Assembly: GCF_000018105.1 (NCBI RefSeq)
Contig: NC_009925.1
Coordinates: forward strand, 3,240,001-3,272,000
DNA length: 32,000 nt
Direction of reading: 5' to 3'
Source of the DNA: Acaryochloris marina MBIC11017
GTDB taxonomy: Bacteria; Cyanobacteriota; Cyanobacteriia; Thermosynechococcales; Thermosynechococcaceae
Each line of letters opens with the position of its first letter. Positions within the stretch are counted from its first letter, which is position 1. Shown in pieces: positions 1 to 8,356 of this stretch. The position numbers were made by a program, and so were the translations under genes. The notes below the pieces were generated by a model that was given only the letters and a program-made list of their open reading frames with translations, was not told the DNA's origin and ran no database searches.

Positions 1-393
1 GCTGGGTTTGCCTCTAAGGCATTAACCCTAAAAAGTCTGCTGCCTTGGCAAATGCTCGCCCTCAATATTGCCACCGTAGGCACCGTGGCCACCTTTGCCA
101 AATTTATCTTTTTGCCCCATCAAAGGGGCTCCAAGTCGATTCGAACTGGATTTTGGGTGGCGGTGCTGCTGCTGTTGGGGGGCTTACTGGCGGCCAATGG
201 TGCTTATTACCAGGCCTATACCGTGGCCAATATCGGTAAAGCTTTAGCGAAGGTGGCAATTGGCTGGTTGGTCTATTGGCTAGTGATTCGACGGGTAGTG
301 CTGAAACTGCCACGGGTGCAGGAGCAGCTCGAACATTTAATTGGGGGGATGAGCTTAATGTTGGTTCTATTGTTCTGGATGGTGTTGGCATGA
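1..393 (+). CDS. mrpD: Mrp-type cation/proton antiporter subunit D, C-terminal fragment (5' end outside window)
   Basis: Frame 1 is open from nt 1 (AGFASKALTLKS...). Hydrophobic helices fit a NuoN/MrpD-like C-terminus. TGA 391-393 overlaps the ATG at 390 of the next mrp gene. Confidence 0.7.
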   Translation, partial: AGFASKALTLKSLLPWQMLALNIATVGTVATFAKFIFLPHQRGSKSIRTGFWVAVLLLLGGLLAANGAYYQAYTVANIGKALAKVAIGWLVYWLVIRRVVLKLPRVQEQLEHLIGGMSLMLVLLFWMVLA

Positions 394-776
394 CTGGATA
401 TCTGAATATTCTGCTGCGTTTAGCCATCTGGTTTTTGCTAACCGCCGATTTTGGTATTGCCAATACCATCATTGGCGTCTGTGTGGCTTTACTGTTGCCC
501 CGTCGTGCCAATCCGGGGGCCTTAAAAGATTGGCTGCATGCGATCGGGGAAATTATTATTGCCATTCCCCAAGCCTTTATTGAAGCGATTGAAATTATGG
601 TCCGTCCCCACCGTTATGAAGCGATGACGATGGAACATGTCAAACCGCAGCGCACTCCTGGACTGATTTTTCTCGATATTTTCGTGATTACCTTTACCCC
701 GAAAACCATTGTATTGAAGTACCACGAGGAAGGGTTGTACGAAGTCCACCGGATTCAGCGGAGGAAGCAGTCATGA
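390..776 (+). CDS. mrpE: Mrp antiporter subunit E
   Basis: Internal ATG (390) of the 276..776 ORF forms an ATGA overlap with the mrpD stop. The MTGYLNILLRLAIWFLLT... N-terminal TM pair plus soluble tail looks MnhE-like. Position in the operon fits. Confidence 0.75.
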   Translation: MTGYLNILLRLAIWFLLTADFGIANTIIGVCVALLLPRRANPGALKDWLHAIGEIIIAIPQAFIEAIEIMVRPHRYEAMTMEHVKPQRTPGLIFLDIFVITFTPKTIVLKYHEEGLYEVHRIQRRKQS

Positions 777-1024
777 ATATCATCCTGATTGCGATGATTC
801 TGGCCCTGGCCATTCCCATTTATGAAGCCTGTCAGGACGAGGATGTGTGGCAGAAAATGCTGGCCTTTGCCAGTATCGCCAGCAAAACGTCGATCATGAT
901 TTTGGTGATTTCAGTCCTGCGGGATGACTGGATGATTGGCGTTGTCGGGGTGCTGATTCTCAGCGTTGGTAATGCTGCCCTGATGCTGTTGGCCCATATT
1001 ATTAAACGGATTAGTGACGGATGA
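773..1024 (+). CDS. mrpF: Mrp antiporter subunit F
   Basis: 83-aa three-helix membrane protein. GGAGGAAG Shine-Dalgarno at 760-767. ATGA overlaps on both sides. Confidence 0.75.
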   Translation: MNIILIAMILALAIPIYEACQDEDVWQKMLAFASIASKTSIMILVISVLRDDWMIGVVGVLILSVGNAALMLLAHIIKRISDG

Positions 1025-1302
1025 TTAACGTAATTAGTTATGTCTGTATGGGCATGGGGATGGTCTTTTGGTTTTGGGGCACCTGGCCCTTAGTGGGTCA
1101 CCGCTCGGTGCTGTATAAGCTCCATAGCCTCTCTGTGGCCGATACCTTGGGTTCCATGTTAATTGTCGTCGGTTTGCTGCTGAAAATCCCCCGAGAGTGG
1201 CCCTTGCTGGTGCTGGCCATTCTATCCCTGGCGATTTGGAATACGGTGCTGGGATATGTGTTGGCCTATTGCTCAAGTAGTCCCAAGGAGGCAGAGACGT
1301 AA
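1021..1302 (+). CDS. mrpG: Mrp antiporter subunit G
   Basis: 93 aa. The LYKLHSLSVADTLGSMLIVVGLLL segment matches the MnhG-type R/H..K..TLG motif region. ATGA overlap with mrpF. Confidence 0.8.
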   Translation: MINVISYVCMGMGMVFWFWGTWPLVGHRSVLYKLHSLSVADTLGSMLIVVGLLLKIPREWPLLVLAILSLAIWNTVLGYVLAYCSSSPKEAET

Positions 1303-1844
1303 TGGAAGATAGCTATGTTTACATCATTATTGCCCTGCTGCCTTTGACCGCAACGATGGTGGTGCTGCAGGTCAATCCCTACCATGCTCTGATTATTCGG
1401 GGGATTTTGGGTGCGGTAGCCGCTCTGGTCTATGCCGTCTTGGGGGCAGCAGACGTAGCTTTAACAGAAGCGCTCGTCGGAACCATGTTGGCGATAACCC
1501 TCTATGCGGTGGCGGTCCGATCCTCTCTAGTGGTGCGCTTGGGTGTGCTCCAGGCCGTTGAACCCCAAGGGTTTCAATCCTGGATTGAAGGATGTCGGAC
1601 GGTATTCTCTAAGCACTATATGCGCTTGGAACTGGTCAATTACCCCAATGACCAAGACCTCCGCCAAGCCTTGAATGAAAAGGAAGTGCATGCCATTTAT
1701 CTGCCTCAACAGCCTGCTGAAGCCCAGGATCAAGCCCTAATCCGCGTCCCTCGCTTATACGAAATTATGGAAGCAGAATTGACATCACCCGATACAACTC
1801 TGACCTGTGTAACGGTGGCTGAGTCAGCGGAGGTGAAGGTATGA
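1302..1844 (+). CDS. mrpA: DUF4040 / MrpA C-terminal-domain-like membrane protein (short cyanobacterial MrpA) with hydrophilic tail
   Basis: N-terminal ~75 aa form two or three TM helices (LLPLTATMVVLQ..., ILGAVAALVYAVLGAADVALTEALVG) typical of the MbhD/DUF4040 fold. AAGGAGG SD at 1284-1290. TAATG overlap with mrpG and ATGA overlap with mrpB. Confidence 0.6.
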   Translation: MEDSYVYIIIALLPLTATMVVLQVNPYHALIIRGILGAVAALVYAVLGAADVALTEALVGTMLAITLYAVAVRSSLVVRLGVLQAVEPQGFQSWIEGCRTVFSKHYMRLELVNYPNDQDLRQALNEKEVHAIYLPQQPAEAQDQALIRVPRLYEIMEAELTSPDTTLTCVTVAESAEVKV

Positions 1845-2503
1845 AGTGGCTGTATATCCTTGCAGGCCTCGCCCTCTATGTCAAAATTTTGGTGATGCCC
1901 AATCCAGAATTGGATGTTGCTGATTTGTCGATGGTGCAGGCTGTCGTTGATGATAGTGGCGTTCCCAATGCCTTAGCAGGCATTATTTTCAGGAATCGCC
2001 TCTACGACACCATTTTCGAAGTGGTGGTGTTTACCATCGCCATTATGGGTGTCCGTTTTCTGTTGGCGGATGAGCAGCCCTCTAAAAAGGTGCATCGATT
2101 TACGGATCAACCTTCGATTGTCCTCGCCAGACTAGGGGCAACCATTGCCTCATTGGTCAGTATCGAGTTGGCGATTCGCGGCCATTTAAGTCCTGGCGGT
2201 GGGTTTGCGGCGGGTGTGGCAGGCGGCACAGCCATTGGTCTAATCGCAATTACCTCGTCTTCCAAGTGGATGCAAGGGATCTATCAGCGCTGGCGAGCAG
2301 CTATGTGGGAGAAGATCTCTGTTCTAGTGTTTTTGGTCTTAGCTGCAATCACATTGGTTGGTTTTGAATTACCCCACGGTGAACTGGGTGCTTTGGTCAG
2401 TGGGGGTGTGATTCCCATTCTTAATGTATTGGTAGCGATTAAGGTGGCCCTCGGTTCTTGGGCGGTGATTTTGGTGTTTATTCGATATCGGGGCTTGCTG
2501 TAA
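1841..2503 (+). CDS. mrpB: Mrp antiporter subunit B
   Basis: 220-aa polytopic protein. NALAGIIFRNRLYDTIFEVVVFTIAIMGV matches the MnhB signature (R.YDT.GE). It is the last gene of the overlapping chain. Confidence 0.8.
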   Translation: MKWLYILAGLALYVKILVMPNPELDVADLSMVQAVVDDSGVPNALAGIIFRNRLYDTIFEVVVFTIAIMGVRFLLADEQPSKKVHRFTDQPSIVLARLGATIASLVSIELAIRGHLSPGGGFAAGVAGGTAIGLIAITSSSKWMQGIYQRWRAAMWEKISVLVFLVLAAITLVGFELPHGELGALVSGGVIPILNVLVAIKVALGSWAVILVFIRYRGLL

Positions 2504-2546
2504 GGGGTTGGATACAATAGAGACACCCCACATCTAAAGCAGAGTT

Positions 2547-3206
2547 ATGGTTGCAACGGTTTTACCTGTTGAGCGTCAAGCCCTTGGAGAAAAACGCGTC
2601 AGTGTTAGTGGTTTGACCTGGGAAGCCTATCAGAAAATTCTGCATGCCTTACCTAACAGTCGAGCGATTAGACTCACCTATGACCAAGGAACTTTAGAAA
2701 TTGCGATGCCTCTGGAAGATCATGAATTTGCCCTGCGATTAATTGAGCGATTCATTGTGATCTTGGTGACAGCTATGGGAATGAAGATCAAAACCATGGG
2801 GTCCACAACCATGGATCGTCCAGATTTAGATCGGGGATCTGAACCTGATTGTGCCTATTACATTCAAAATCAAGCGGTGGTGGCAGGCCGTAAGGTTGAT
2901 TTCTCGCAAGATCCACCGCCAGATTTGGTAGTAGAAGTGGACATTACCAACACGGATATTGCTAAAGATCGGCTGTATGCATCGATGGGAGTGCCTGAGT
3001 TCTGGCGCTATAACGGGCAGGTGTGGCGGATTTTTCAACTGCAAGGAGAAGCGTATCAGGAATGCGATCGCAGTCCCACTTTCGATTGGGTCAACAAAGA
3101 AAACCTATACCACTTCCTAGAACAAGCTCAACAGGATGAAATTGCTGCGGAGCAAGCGTTCCGAGCATGGGCACAAGAGCAATGCCAGCAAAAGTTACAG
3201 CAGTGA
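2547..3206 (+). CDS. Uma2-family (DUF820) endonuclease
   Basis: Motifs of the PD-(D/E)xK Uma2 family that is abundant in cyanobacteria: LTYDQGTLEIAMP, EPDCAYY, PDLVVEVDITNTD, YASMGVPEFWRY. Confidence 0.85.
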   Translation: MVATVLPVERQALGEKRVSVSGLTWEAYQKILHALPNSRAIRLTYDQGTLEIAMPLEDHEFALRLIERFIVILVTAMGMKIKTMGSTTMDRPDLDRGSEPDCAYYIQNQAVVAGRKVDFSQDPPPDLVVEVDITNTDIAKDRLYASMGVPEFWRYNGQVWRIFQLQGEAYQECDRSPTFDWVNKENLYHFLEQAQQDEIAAEQAFRAWAQEQCQQKLQQ

Positions 3207-3357
3207 AACTGGCTGGGTTAGAGCCTGTTTGAGTACACATCTGCACAAGAATATTAGGGTGCCAGATAAAACACTTTATGGGAAAAATAAATAGGCTTTA
3301 ACCCACGTTGACTGCCAGCGTATTCAAATCACCGCCTTGGGATAAACTATTAAAGTT

Positions 3358-4840
3358 CAATGGCACTGACTTAAGCTCAATCAAACAGCTAGCTTAGCTT
3401 TGAGAGCAGAGCGAGGTTGTCGCATTCGCGGGAAAGATTTGGGTCTGCGTTTGACGACTCTCGGTTCGTGCCGATTCGGTCGAGAGGGTAATAGATCGGC
3501 TGCCATGGTCTCAAGTAGATGAGTAAACAACCGCTTTCTGGTCGCACGGTTGGCTGTCGCCAACAAAGCAAGCATCTGATTGAAGTGTTGTCGTGCTCCT
3601 TGCACAGACAGTTGAGTTCTAGCATTATCTGCTAGCGGTGCCGCAAGTTCCATGAGACTTCTGAGTAGGTTATAGCCCAACAAATGTACCCAAATGTCCT
3701 TGCGCACCATATCCGGAGTTTTGGCACTGAGCATCTCCATTTTTAAGGTGGTTTTGAGATGGCGCAGATTGACTTCCGCCACTGGCCAACGCCAGCCATA
3801 CAAGCGAGTCAGTTGCCCAGCGCTGTAGCGTTGAGCATCCAGCAGCGTCGTCACCACAATAATGTGCTGGTCGCGAAAGCCCTTAAGGGATAAGCGCAAA
3901 CACACCTCTCTAACGACCAATGTTTGAGGAATCAGGGCAAAATCTTGCTCACTCATGTGCTCAGGCCGTTGGGCTGGCTTATGCCATGTCACCTGATGAT
4001 CACCAATGCCATGCTTGTTGCCTTTGCGGAAATCAGTCTTGCGAGCATGATGTTTACGCAACACTCCATCAGCCCTGTGTTGTTGAATGATGGCTAGATC
4101 AACATAGCTGCCATAAGCTTGGTCCGCCATGACCACATCACCGACCTCAAGGTCTTGATAGAGCAAACGACTCATGACAATTTCACTGGTGTCCCAGGAG
4201 GCAATACAAGCTGACGCCACTGCACCGGTAACCAAACAGAAGAACACTACCAAGCGAGCGATGGGAAAACCACAGCCTGCTGTTTGATTGCCATGTTGTG
4301 GATATGATGCTTGGTTGGCCGCACTATCAGCCATCAACACGGTGGTTCCGTCGTAGACCTTGACGGGCCGACCACACCAGAGGTGCTCTGGGGAGAGGGG
4401 TTGCGCTAAGCACTCAGCGCTTTCGGGAATTAAACGTTGCAACAGTGACTCTGGAAAGCGACTTCTGGCTTTGCTGTAGGCTCCGGTATCAGATGAGGGC
4501 GGTTGGATGCCAGCCGCTGTGAGCCAAGTCGTGATGCATTTGACTGTGTTACGAAGGCTTTTATCGGCTGATAGCACTTGGTAAAGCATGGCCCACAGCG
4601 TAACGATGGGGCTATATATCCGGTTGCGATAGGAGAATGCTTCTTCTTTCAGGAGTTCCTCTAACCTTGAGGCTAGAAGGATATCTGTCCACGGTAAACC
4701 CAGGCTTTGGGAAAATTGCTGCTTGAGAATTTCGGCTGACTCAGACATAGTGAAAGGCAGAAGTTTATGGCGTGCAAGTCTTGATCCTATATCTATCAAG
4801 ACTTGTAGCCTTTTCCTGACTTCTTAAGTCAGTGCCATTG
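3358..4840 (-). mobile_element. Intact IS4-family insertion sequence (1483 bp)
   Basis: Perfect 18-bp terminal inverted repeats CAATGGCACTGACTTAAG at 3358-3375 and 4823-4840 (reverse complement). They are flanked by a perfect 10-bp direct repeat TATTAAAGTT (3348-3357 and 4841-4850). A single DDE transposase ORF lies inside. Confidence 0.9.
3381..4748 (-). CDS. IS4-family DDE transposase
   Basis: Long ORF with IS4 N-terminal-type region (YRNRIYSPIVTLWAMLYQVL), VMADQAYGSY (second D region) and YGWRWPVAEVNLRHLKTTLKM (Y-RW-E-K region). ATG at 4748 is preferred over the upstream TTG at 4799. Confidence 0.85.
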   Translation of the reverse strand: MSESAEILKQQFSQSLGLPWTDILLASRLEELLKEEAFSYRNRIYSPIVTLWAMLYQVLSADKSLRNTVKCITTWLTAAGIQPPSSDTGAYSKARSRFPESLLQRLIPESAECLAQPLSPEHLWCGRPVKVYDGTTVLMADSAANQASYPQHGNQTAGCGFPIARLVVFFCLVTGAVASACIASWDTSEIVMSRLLYQDLEVGDVVMADQAYGSYVDLAIIQQHRADGVLRKHHARKTDFRKGNKHGIGDHQVTWHKPAQRPEHMSEQDFALIPQTLVVREVCLRLSLKGFRDQHIIVVTTLLDAQRYSAGQLTRLYGWRWPVAEVNLRHLKTTLKMEMLSAKTPDMVRKDIWVHLLGYNLLRSLMELAAPLADNARTQLSVQGARQHFNQMLALLATANRATRKRLFTHLLETMAADLLPSRPNRHEPRVVKRRPKSFPRMRQPRSALKAKLAV

Positions 4841-4926
4841 TATTAAAGTTGGCTTGACCTGAATCGGGCATGTCAAACGCATGGGAAGACGAGCAGTTGA
4901 TGAGCTATTGAGGTGAGGGTGTCAAG

Positions 4927-5355
4927 TTACTCAACTGTTTGTACCTGCACCTGACCATCAACCACCCGAGCCGGATAGACCGCAAGCTTGACAGCATCAT
5001 TATCTAAGCAGTCTCCTGTTTGTAGATTAAAATTCTGTTTATAAATCGGAGAGGCCACTTTCAAGACGCCTTTGCGATCGCCAATTAGACCCCGCGACAT
5101 CACAAACGACTTGCTAAAGGGATCAAAGTTATCTAAGGCATAGACTTCATCGGTTTCACCAATGCGAAAAATAGCCACCTGATTGTCTCCTACCAGAGCA
5201 TTAACACCCGTGTTAGGTGCGATCGCATCTAATGAACAAACGGTGATCCAACGGTTGGCTGTAATCATCGGGGCCGGGGTAGATACGGATTGTTCCATGA
5301 CAGCTTGGGTAATAAGGATCAAGAAAAAACAAGGGGATACAGCTGTGGTCGTCAT
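4927..5355 (-). CDS. nirD: Nitrite reductase (NAD(P)H) small subunit NirD
   Basis: Rieske-like NirD core (WITVCSLDAIAPNTGVNALVGDNQVAIFRI...SPIYKQNFNLQTGDCL). ATG 5355 has AGGGA 9 nt upstream. Internal ATGs at 5298 and 5268 would give a more typical ~113-aa protein, so the start is uncertain. Confidence 0.8.
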   Translation of the reverse strand: MTTTAVSPCFFLILITQAVMEQSVSTPAPMITANRWITVCSLDAIAPNTGVNALVGDNQVAIFRIGETDEVYALDNFDPFSKSFVMSRGLIGDRKGVLKVASPIYKQNFNLQTGDCLDNDAVKLAVYPARVVDGQVQVQTVE

Positions 5356-5384
5356 GTCTGCATCCCTGTCGCAAGGTTGAGAGA

Positions 5385-7946
5385 CTAGCCGGGTGTGACC
5401 AAGGCCTCTCCCTGTTTTAAGATGGCTCGCTCTGCCTCTGTGGCCGGACGCTTTTGGCCCCGCTCCTGTACATAAACCAAAGACGGGTCTGTGGCATCGG
5501 CATTCACAAAGTGACGGAAACGCTGCATATGTTGCGGACTCTCAAGAGTGGCGGCCCACTCACACTGATAGGTGTCCACATGGTGCTGCATCTGGGCTTC
5601 CAGCTCCGCTGCAATGCCAAGGGAGTCCCCAATAATTACCTGTTTGAGATAGGCGAGTCCCCCTTCTAGCTTGTTAAACCATGTAGAAGTACGCTCCAGC
5701 TTATCCGCCGTACGAATGTAAAACATCAAGAACCGGTCGAGATAACGAATTAGGGTTTCTTTATCGATATCCGTCGCCAGCAGAGTGGCATGTTGGGGCT
5801 TGGTGCCACCGTTGCCACAGACATATAGGTTCCAACCATTTTCCGTGGCAATAATGCCAAAGTCTTTACCCTGGGCTTCGGCACATTCCCGTGTACAGCC
5901 TGAAACCGCCGACTTGAGTTTGTGGGGCGATCGCAATCCCCGATAGCGCAGCTCCAAATCAATCGCCAGGCTGGTAGAATCCTGCACACCAAATCGGCAC
6001 CAAGTACTGCCCACACAGGACTTCACCGTGCGCAGCGCCTTACCATAGGCATGGCCTGACTCAAACCCAGCGTCCACCAATCGCTTCCAGATCAGGGGCA
6101 GTTGATCCAGCCGCGCTCCAAATAAGTCCACCCGCTGGGCTCCGGTAATTTTGGTGTACAGGTCAAATTCTTGGGCCACTTGACCCAACACAATGAGCTT
6201 CTCGGGGGTGATTTCTCCCCCCGGTATTCTGGGGATCACAGAATAGGTGCCGTCTTTTTGAATATTGGCCAAAAACGAATCGTTAGTATCTTGGAGGCCC
6301 ACATGGGGACGATCCAGCACATACTCATTCCAGGTGGAGGCTAGCATCGACGCCACTGCTGGTTTACAAATCTCGCAGCCATGGCCCGAACCATGCTGGG
6401 CGAGCAGCGCATCAAATGATTTAATCTGTCCCACCCGTAACAGGTGATATAGCTCCTGACGAGAATAGGGAAAATGTTCGCACAGGTGGTTATTAACCTC
6501 GATACCCGCCTTTTTCAGCTCTGACTGCATCAGGTCTTTCACTAGCGGTACACAACCACCACAGCCAGTGCCTGCATTAGTGCATTTCTTCAGGCCAGGC
6601 AAATCGGTGATATGGTCGTCTCGCACCGCAGAACAAATTTGCCCTTTAGATACATTGTTACAAGAACAAATCTGGGCCGTATCTGGTAGATTCTCCACAC
6701 TCAAGGATGGGGTCTGCCCTTCAACCGCTGGCGCCATTAGGCTTAAAGGGTTGGCTGACAGTTTGACCTGGTTTTGAGTCAGTTGCGAAAATGTCCCATA
6801 GTCCGAGGCATCGCCGATCAGTATGCCTCCTAGCAGTAGCGACCCGTCGCTGTTGACCACTAGCTTTTTGTAAGTGCCTGCGATCGCATCGGTCACTACC
6901 AGCTCTTTAGACCCCGGTGTTTTGGCAAAGTTGTCACCAAAGCTGGCCACATCCACCCCTAGCAGCTTCAGCTTGGTGGACATATCTGCCCCAGTAAACT
7001 GTTGCGGTTTCACTACCTCCATCAGCGTATCGCTGACCACCTCCGCCATATGGTATCCCGGTGCCACTAGGCCAAAGGTACGGTCCTGATAGGCGGCGCA
7101 TTCACCAATGGCATACACCTTGGGATCTGAAGTTTGGCAAGCTTCATTGATGACGATGCCACCTCGGTTGCCAATGTCCAGGTCGCAGTTTCGGGCTAAC
7201 TCATCCCTGGCCCGAATCCCCGCTGAGAAGACAATCATATCCGTCTGTAGTGCTTCGCCATCAGCAAATTCCATTCTCACCAGCTTGCCGTTTTCGCTGA
7301 CAATATCGGTGGTGGCTTTGCTGGTATGTACCTGTACCCCTAGGGCCTCAATTTTGTCTTTCAGTACGGCACCGCCTGCCTCATCGATTTGCACGGGCAT
7401 CAGCCGGGGGGCAAACTCCACTACATGGGTGTCTAAACCCAGGGATTTTAGCGCGTTGGCACATTCCAGACCCAGTAGTCCACCGCCTACGACCACGCCG
7501 GTTTTTACCTGGGAACCGTAGTCTTTAATGGCGTCTAAATCTTCAATGGTGCGATAGACAAAGGTGCCGGTGGCGTCATTGCCTTTGATGGGCGGGACAA
7601 AGGGGTAGGAGCCGGTGGCGATGACCAGCCGATCGTAAGCAATTTCAAGGCCGTTGGCAGACTTGACGATCTGGTGTTTGCGGTCAATCTCCACAACCTG
7701 GTCGCCAATGTAGGTGGTAATGCCATGCTCTTGGTAAAAACCAGGCTCTACCATAGTGAGGTCTGCGGCGGTTTTACCTTCAAAGTACTGACTCAGGTGT
7801 ACACGGTCGTAAGCGACACGGGGTTCTTCTCCAAAGGTGACTAGGTGCCAGCGATCGCCACCTCCTTTCTCTACCATTAGCTGGAGAAACCGATGTCCCA
7901 CCATGCCGTTGCCAACAATGACGAGAGTTTGCTTATGGTTCGGCAT
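5385..7946 (-). CDS. nirB: Nitrite reductase (NAD(P)H) large subunit NirB
   Basis: 853 aa. N-terminal FAD/NAD Rossmann (VIVGNGMVGHRF), BFD-like 2Fe-2S cysteines (CSCNNVSKGQICSAV, CGGCVPLV), and sirohaem/4Fe-4S cysteines (VKSCVGSTWCRFG, SGCTRECAEAQ). Confidence 0.9.
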   Translation of the reverse strand: MPNHKQTLVIVGNGMVGHRFLQLMVEKGGGDRWHLVTFGEEPRVAYDRVHLSQYFEGKTAADLTMVEPGFYQEHGITTYIGDQVVEIDRKHQIVKSANGLEIAYDRLVIATGSYPFVPPIKGNDATGTFVYRTIEDLDAIKDYGSQVKTGVVVGGGLLGLECANALKSLGLDTHVVEFAPRLMPVQIDEAGGAVLKDKIEALGVQVHTSKATTDIVSENGKLVRMEFADGEALQTDMIVFSAGIRARDELARNCDLDIGNRGGIVINEACQTSDPKVYAIGECAAYQDRTFGLVAPGYHMAEVVSDTLMEVVKPQQFTGADMSTKLKLLGVDVASFGDNFAKTPGSKELVVTDAIAGTYKKLVVNSDGSLLLGGILIGDASDYGTFSQLTQNQVKLSANPLSLMAPAVEGQTPSLSVENLPDTAQICSCNNVSKGQICSAVRDDHITDLPGLKKCTNAGTGCGGCVPLVKDLMQSELKKAGIEVNNHLCEHFPYSRQELYHLLRVGQIKSFDALLAQHGSGHGCEICKPAVASMLASTWNEYVLDRPHVGLQDTNDSFLANIQKDGTYSVIPRIPGGEITPEKLIVLGQVAQEFDLYTKITGAQRVDLFGARLDQLPLIWKRLVDAGFESGHAYGKALRTVKSCVGSTWCRFGVQDSTSLAIDLELRYRGLRSPHKLKSAVSGCTRECAEAQGKDFGIIATENGWNLYVCGNGGTKPQHATLLATDIDKETLIRYLDRFLMFYIRTADKLERTSTWFNKLEGGLAYLKQVIIGDSLGIAAELEAQMQHHVDTYQCEWAATLESPQHMQRFRHFVNADATDPSLVYVQERGQKRPATEAERAILKQGEALVTPG

Positions 7947-8107
7947 ATGTTTAGTTTTTGAGCAACATACTGAGCACCAGGGTGATCGATCCCTGGCGAA
8001 AAAAACAGCCCCTGTATGCGCTAATTGATTTAGATCGATGCAATAAACGCGTTTAGAGGTGCATTATTAACAGTTATTTTCAAAAGTAAAAAAAACAATG
8101 CTGGAAC

Positions 8108-8122
8108 ATAACAAGTTGTTAT
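8108..8122. promoter_or_regulatory. Perfect 7-1-7 palindrome ATAACAAgTTGTTAT upstream of nirB (candidate operator)
   Basis: Read directly. It lies ~160 nt upstream of the nirB ATG in an AT-rich intergenic region. No regulator is assigned. Confidence 0.25.
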
Positions 8123-8231
8123 TGAACGGTAATCTTTTGCAAAGCATTTTGTGACAGTGGATTGGTTTCTAGTTCTCAAAAAAAATCTGCAGAATGAATT
8201 CAGTTGCGTCTATTTCCGGATGGTGACGACT

Positions 8232-8351
8232 GGCTTCGATTGGGTCAACCAAGAAGACCTGTACCACTTCCTTGAACAAGCCCAACAAGATGAAATTGCT
8301 GCCGAGCAAAATTTTCGAGCATTGGTGCAACACAAACTTCAGCAGCAATAA
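8232..8351 (+). pseudogene. 3' remnant of a second Uma2-family gene
   Basis: GFDWVNQEDLYHFLEQAQQDEIAAEQNFRA... parallels the C-terminus of the intact Uma2 gene (TFDWVNKENLYHFLEQAQQDEIAAEQAFRA). There is no homology upstream of ~8232. Confidence 0.6.
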
Positions 8352-8356
8352 TCCAC

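Noticed and set aside
104-565. 153-aa minus-strand ORF (and 45..239, 522..749, 1034..1276, 1527..1733, 2284..2526) overlapping the mrp genes
   Set aside because: These are antisense or alternative frames of clearly recognisable membrane-protein genes. Their Pro/Arg/Ser-rich composition is typical of shadow ORFs, and they have no motifs.
5454-7726. Multiple 60-137-aa ORFs in other frames within nirB (5454..5669, 5750..6016, 6265..6447, 6568..6777, 6874..7089, 7108..7521, 7535..7726)
   Set aside because: All are embedded in the 853-aa NirB frame, which carries complete cofactor-binding motifs. They have no independent signals.
7947-8150. Search for an NtcA box (GTA-N8-TAC) upstream of nirB
   Set aside because: The three GTA trinucleotides in the region are followed after 8 nt by TTG, AAT and CAA, not TAC, so no NtcA site can be claimed.
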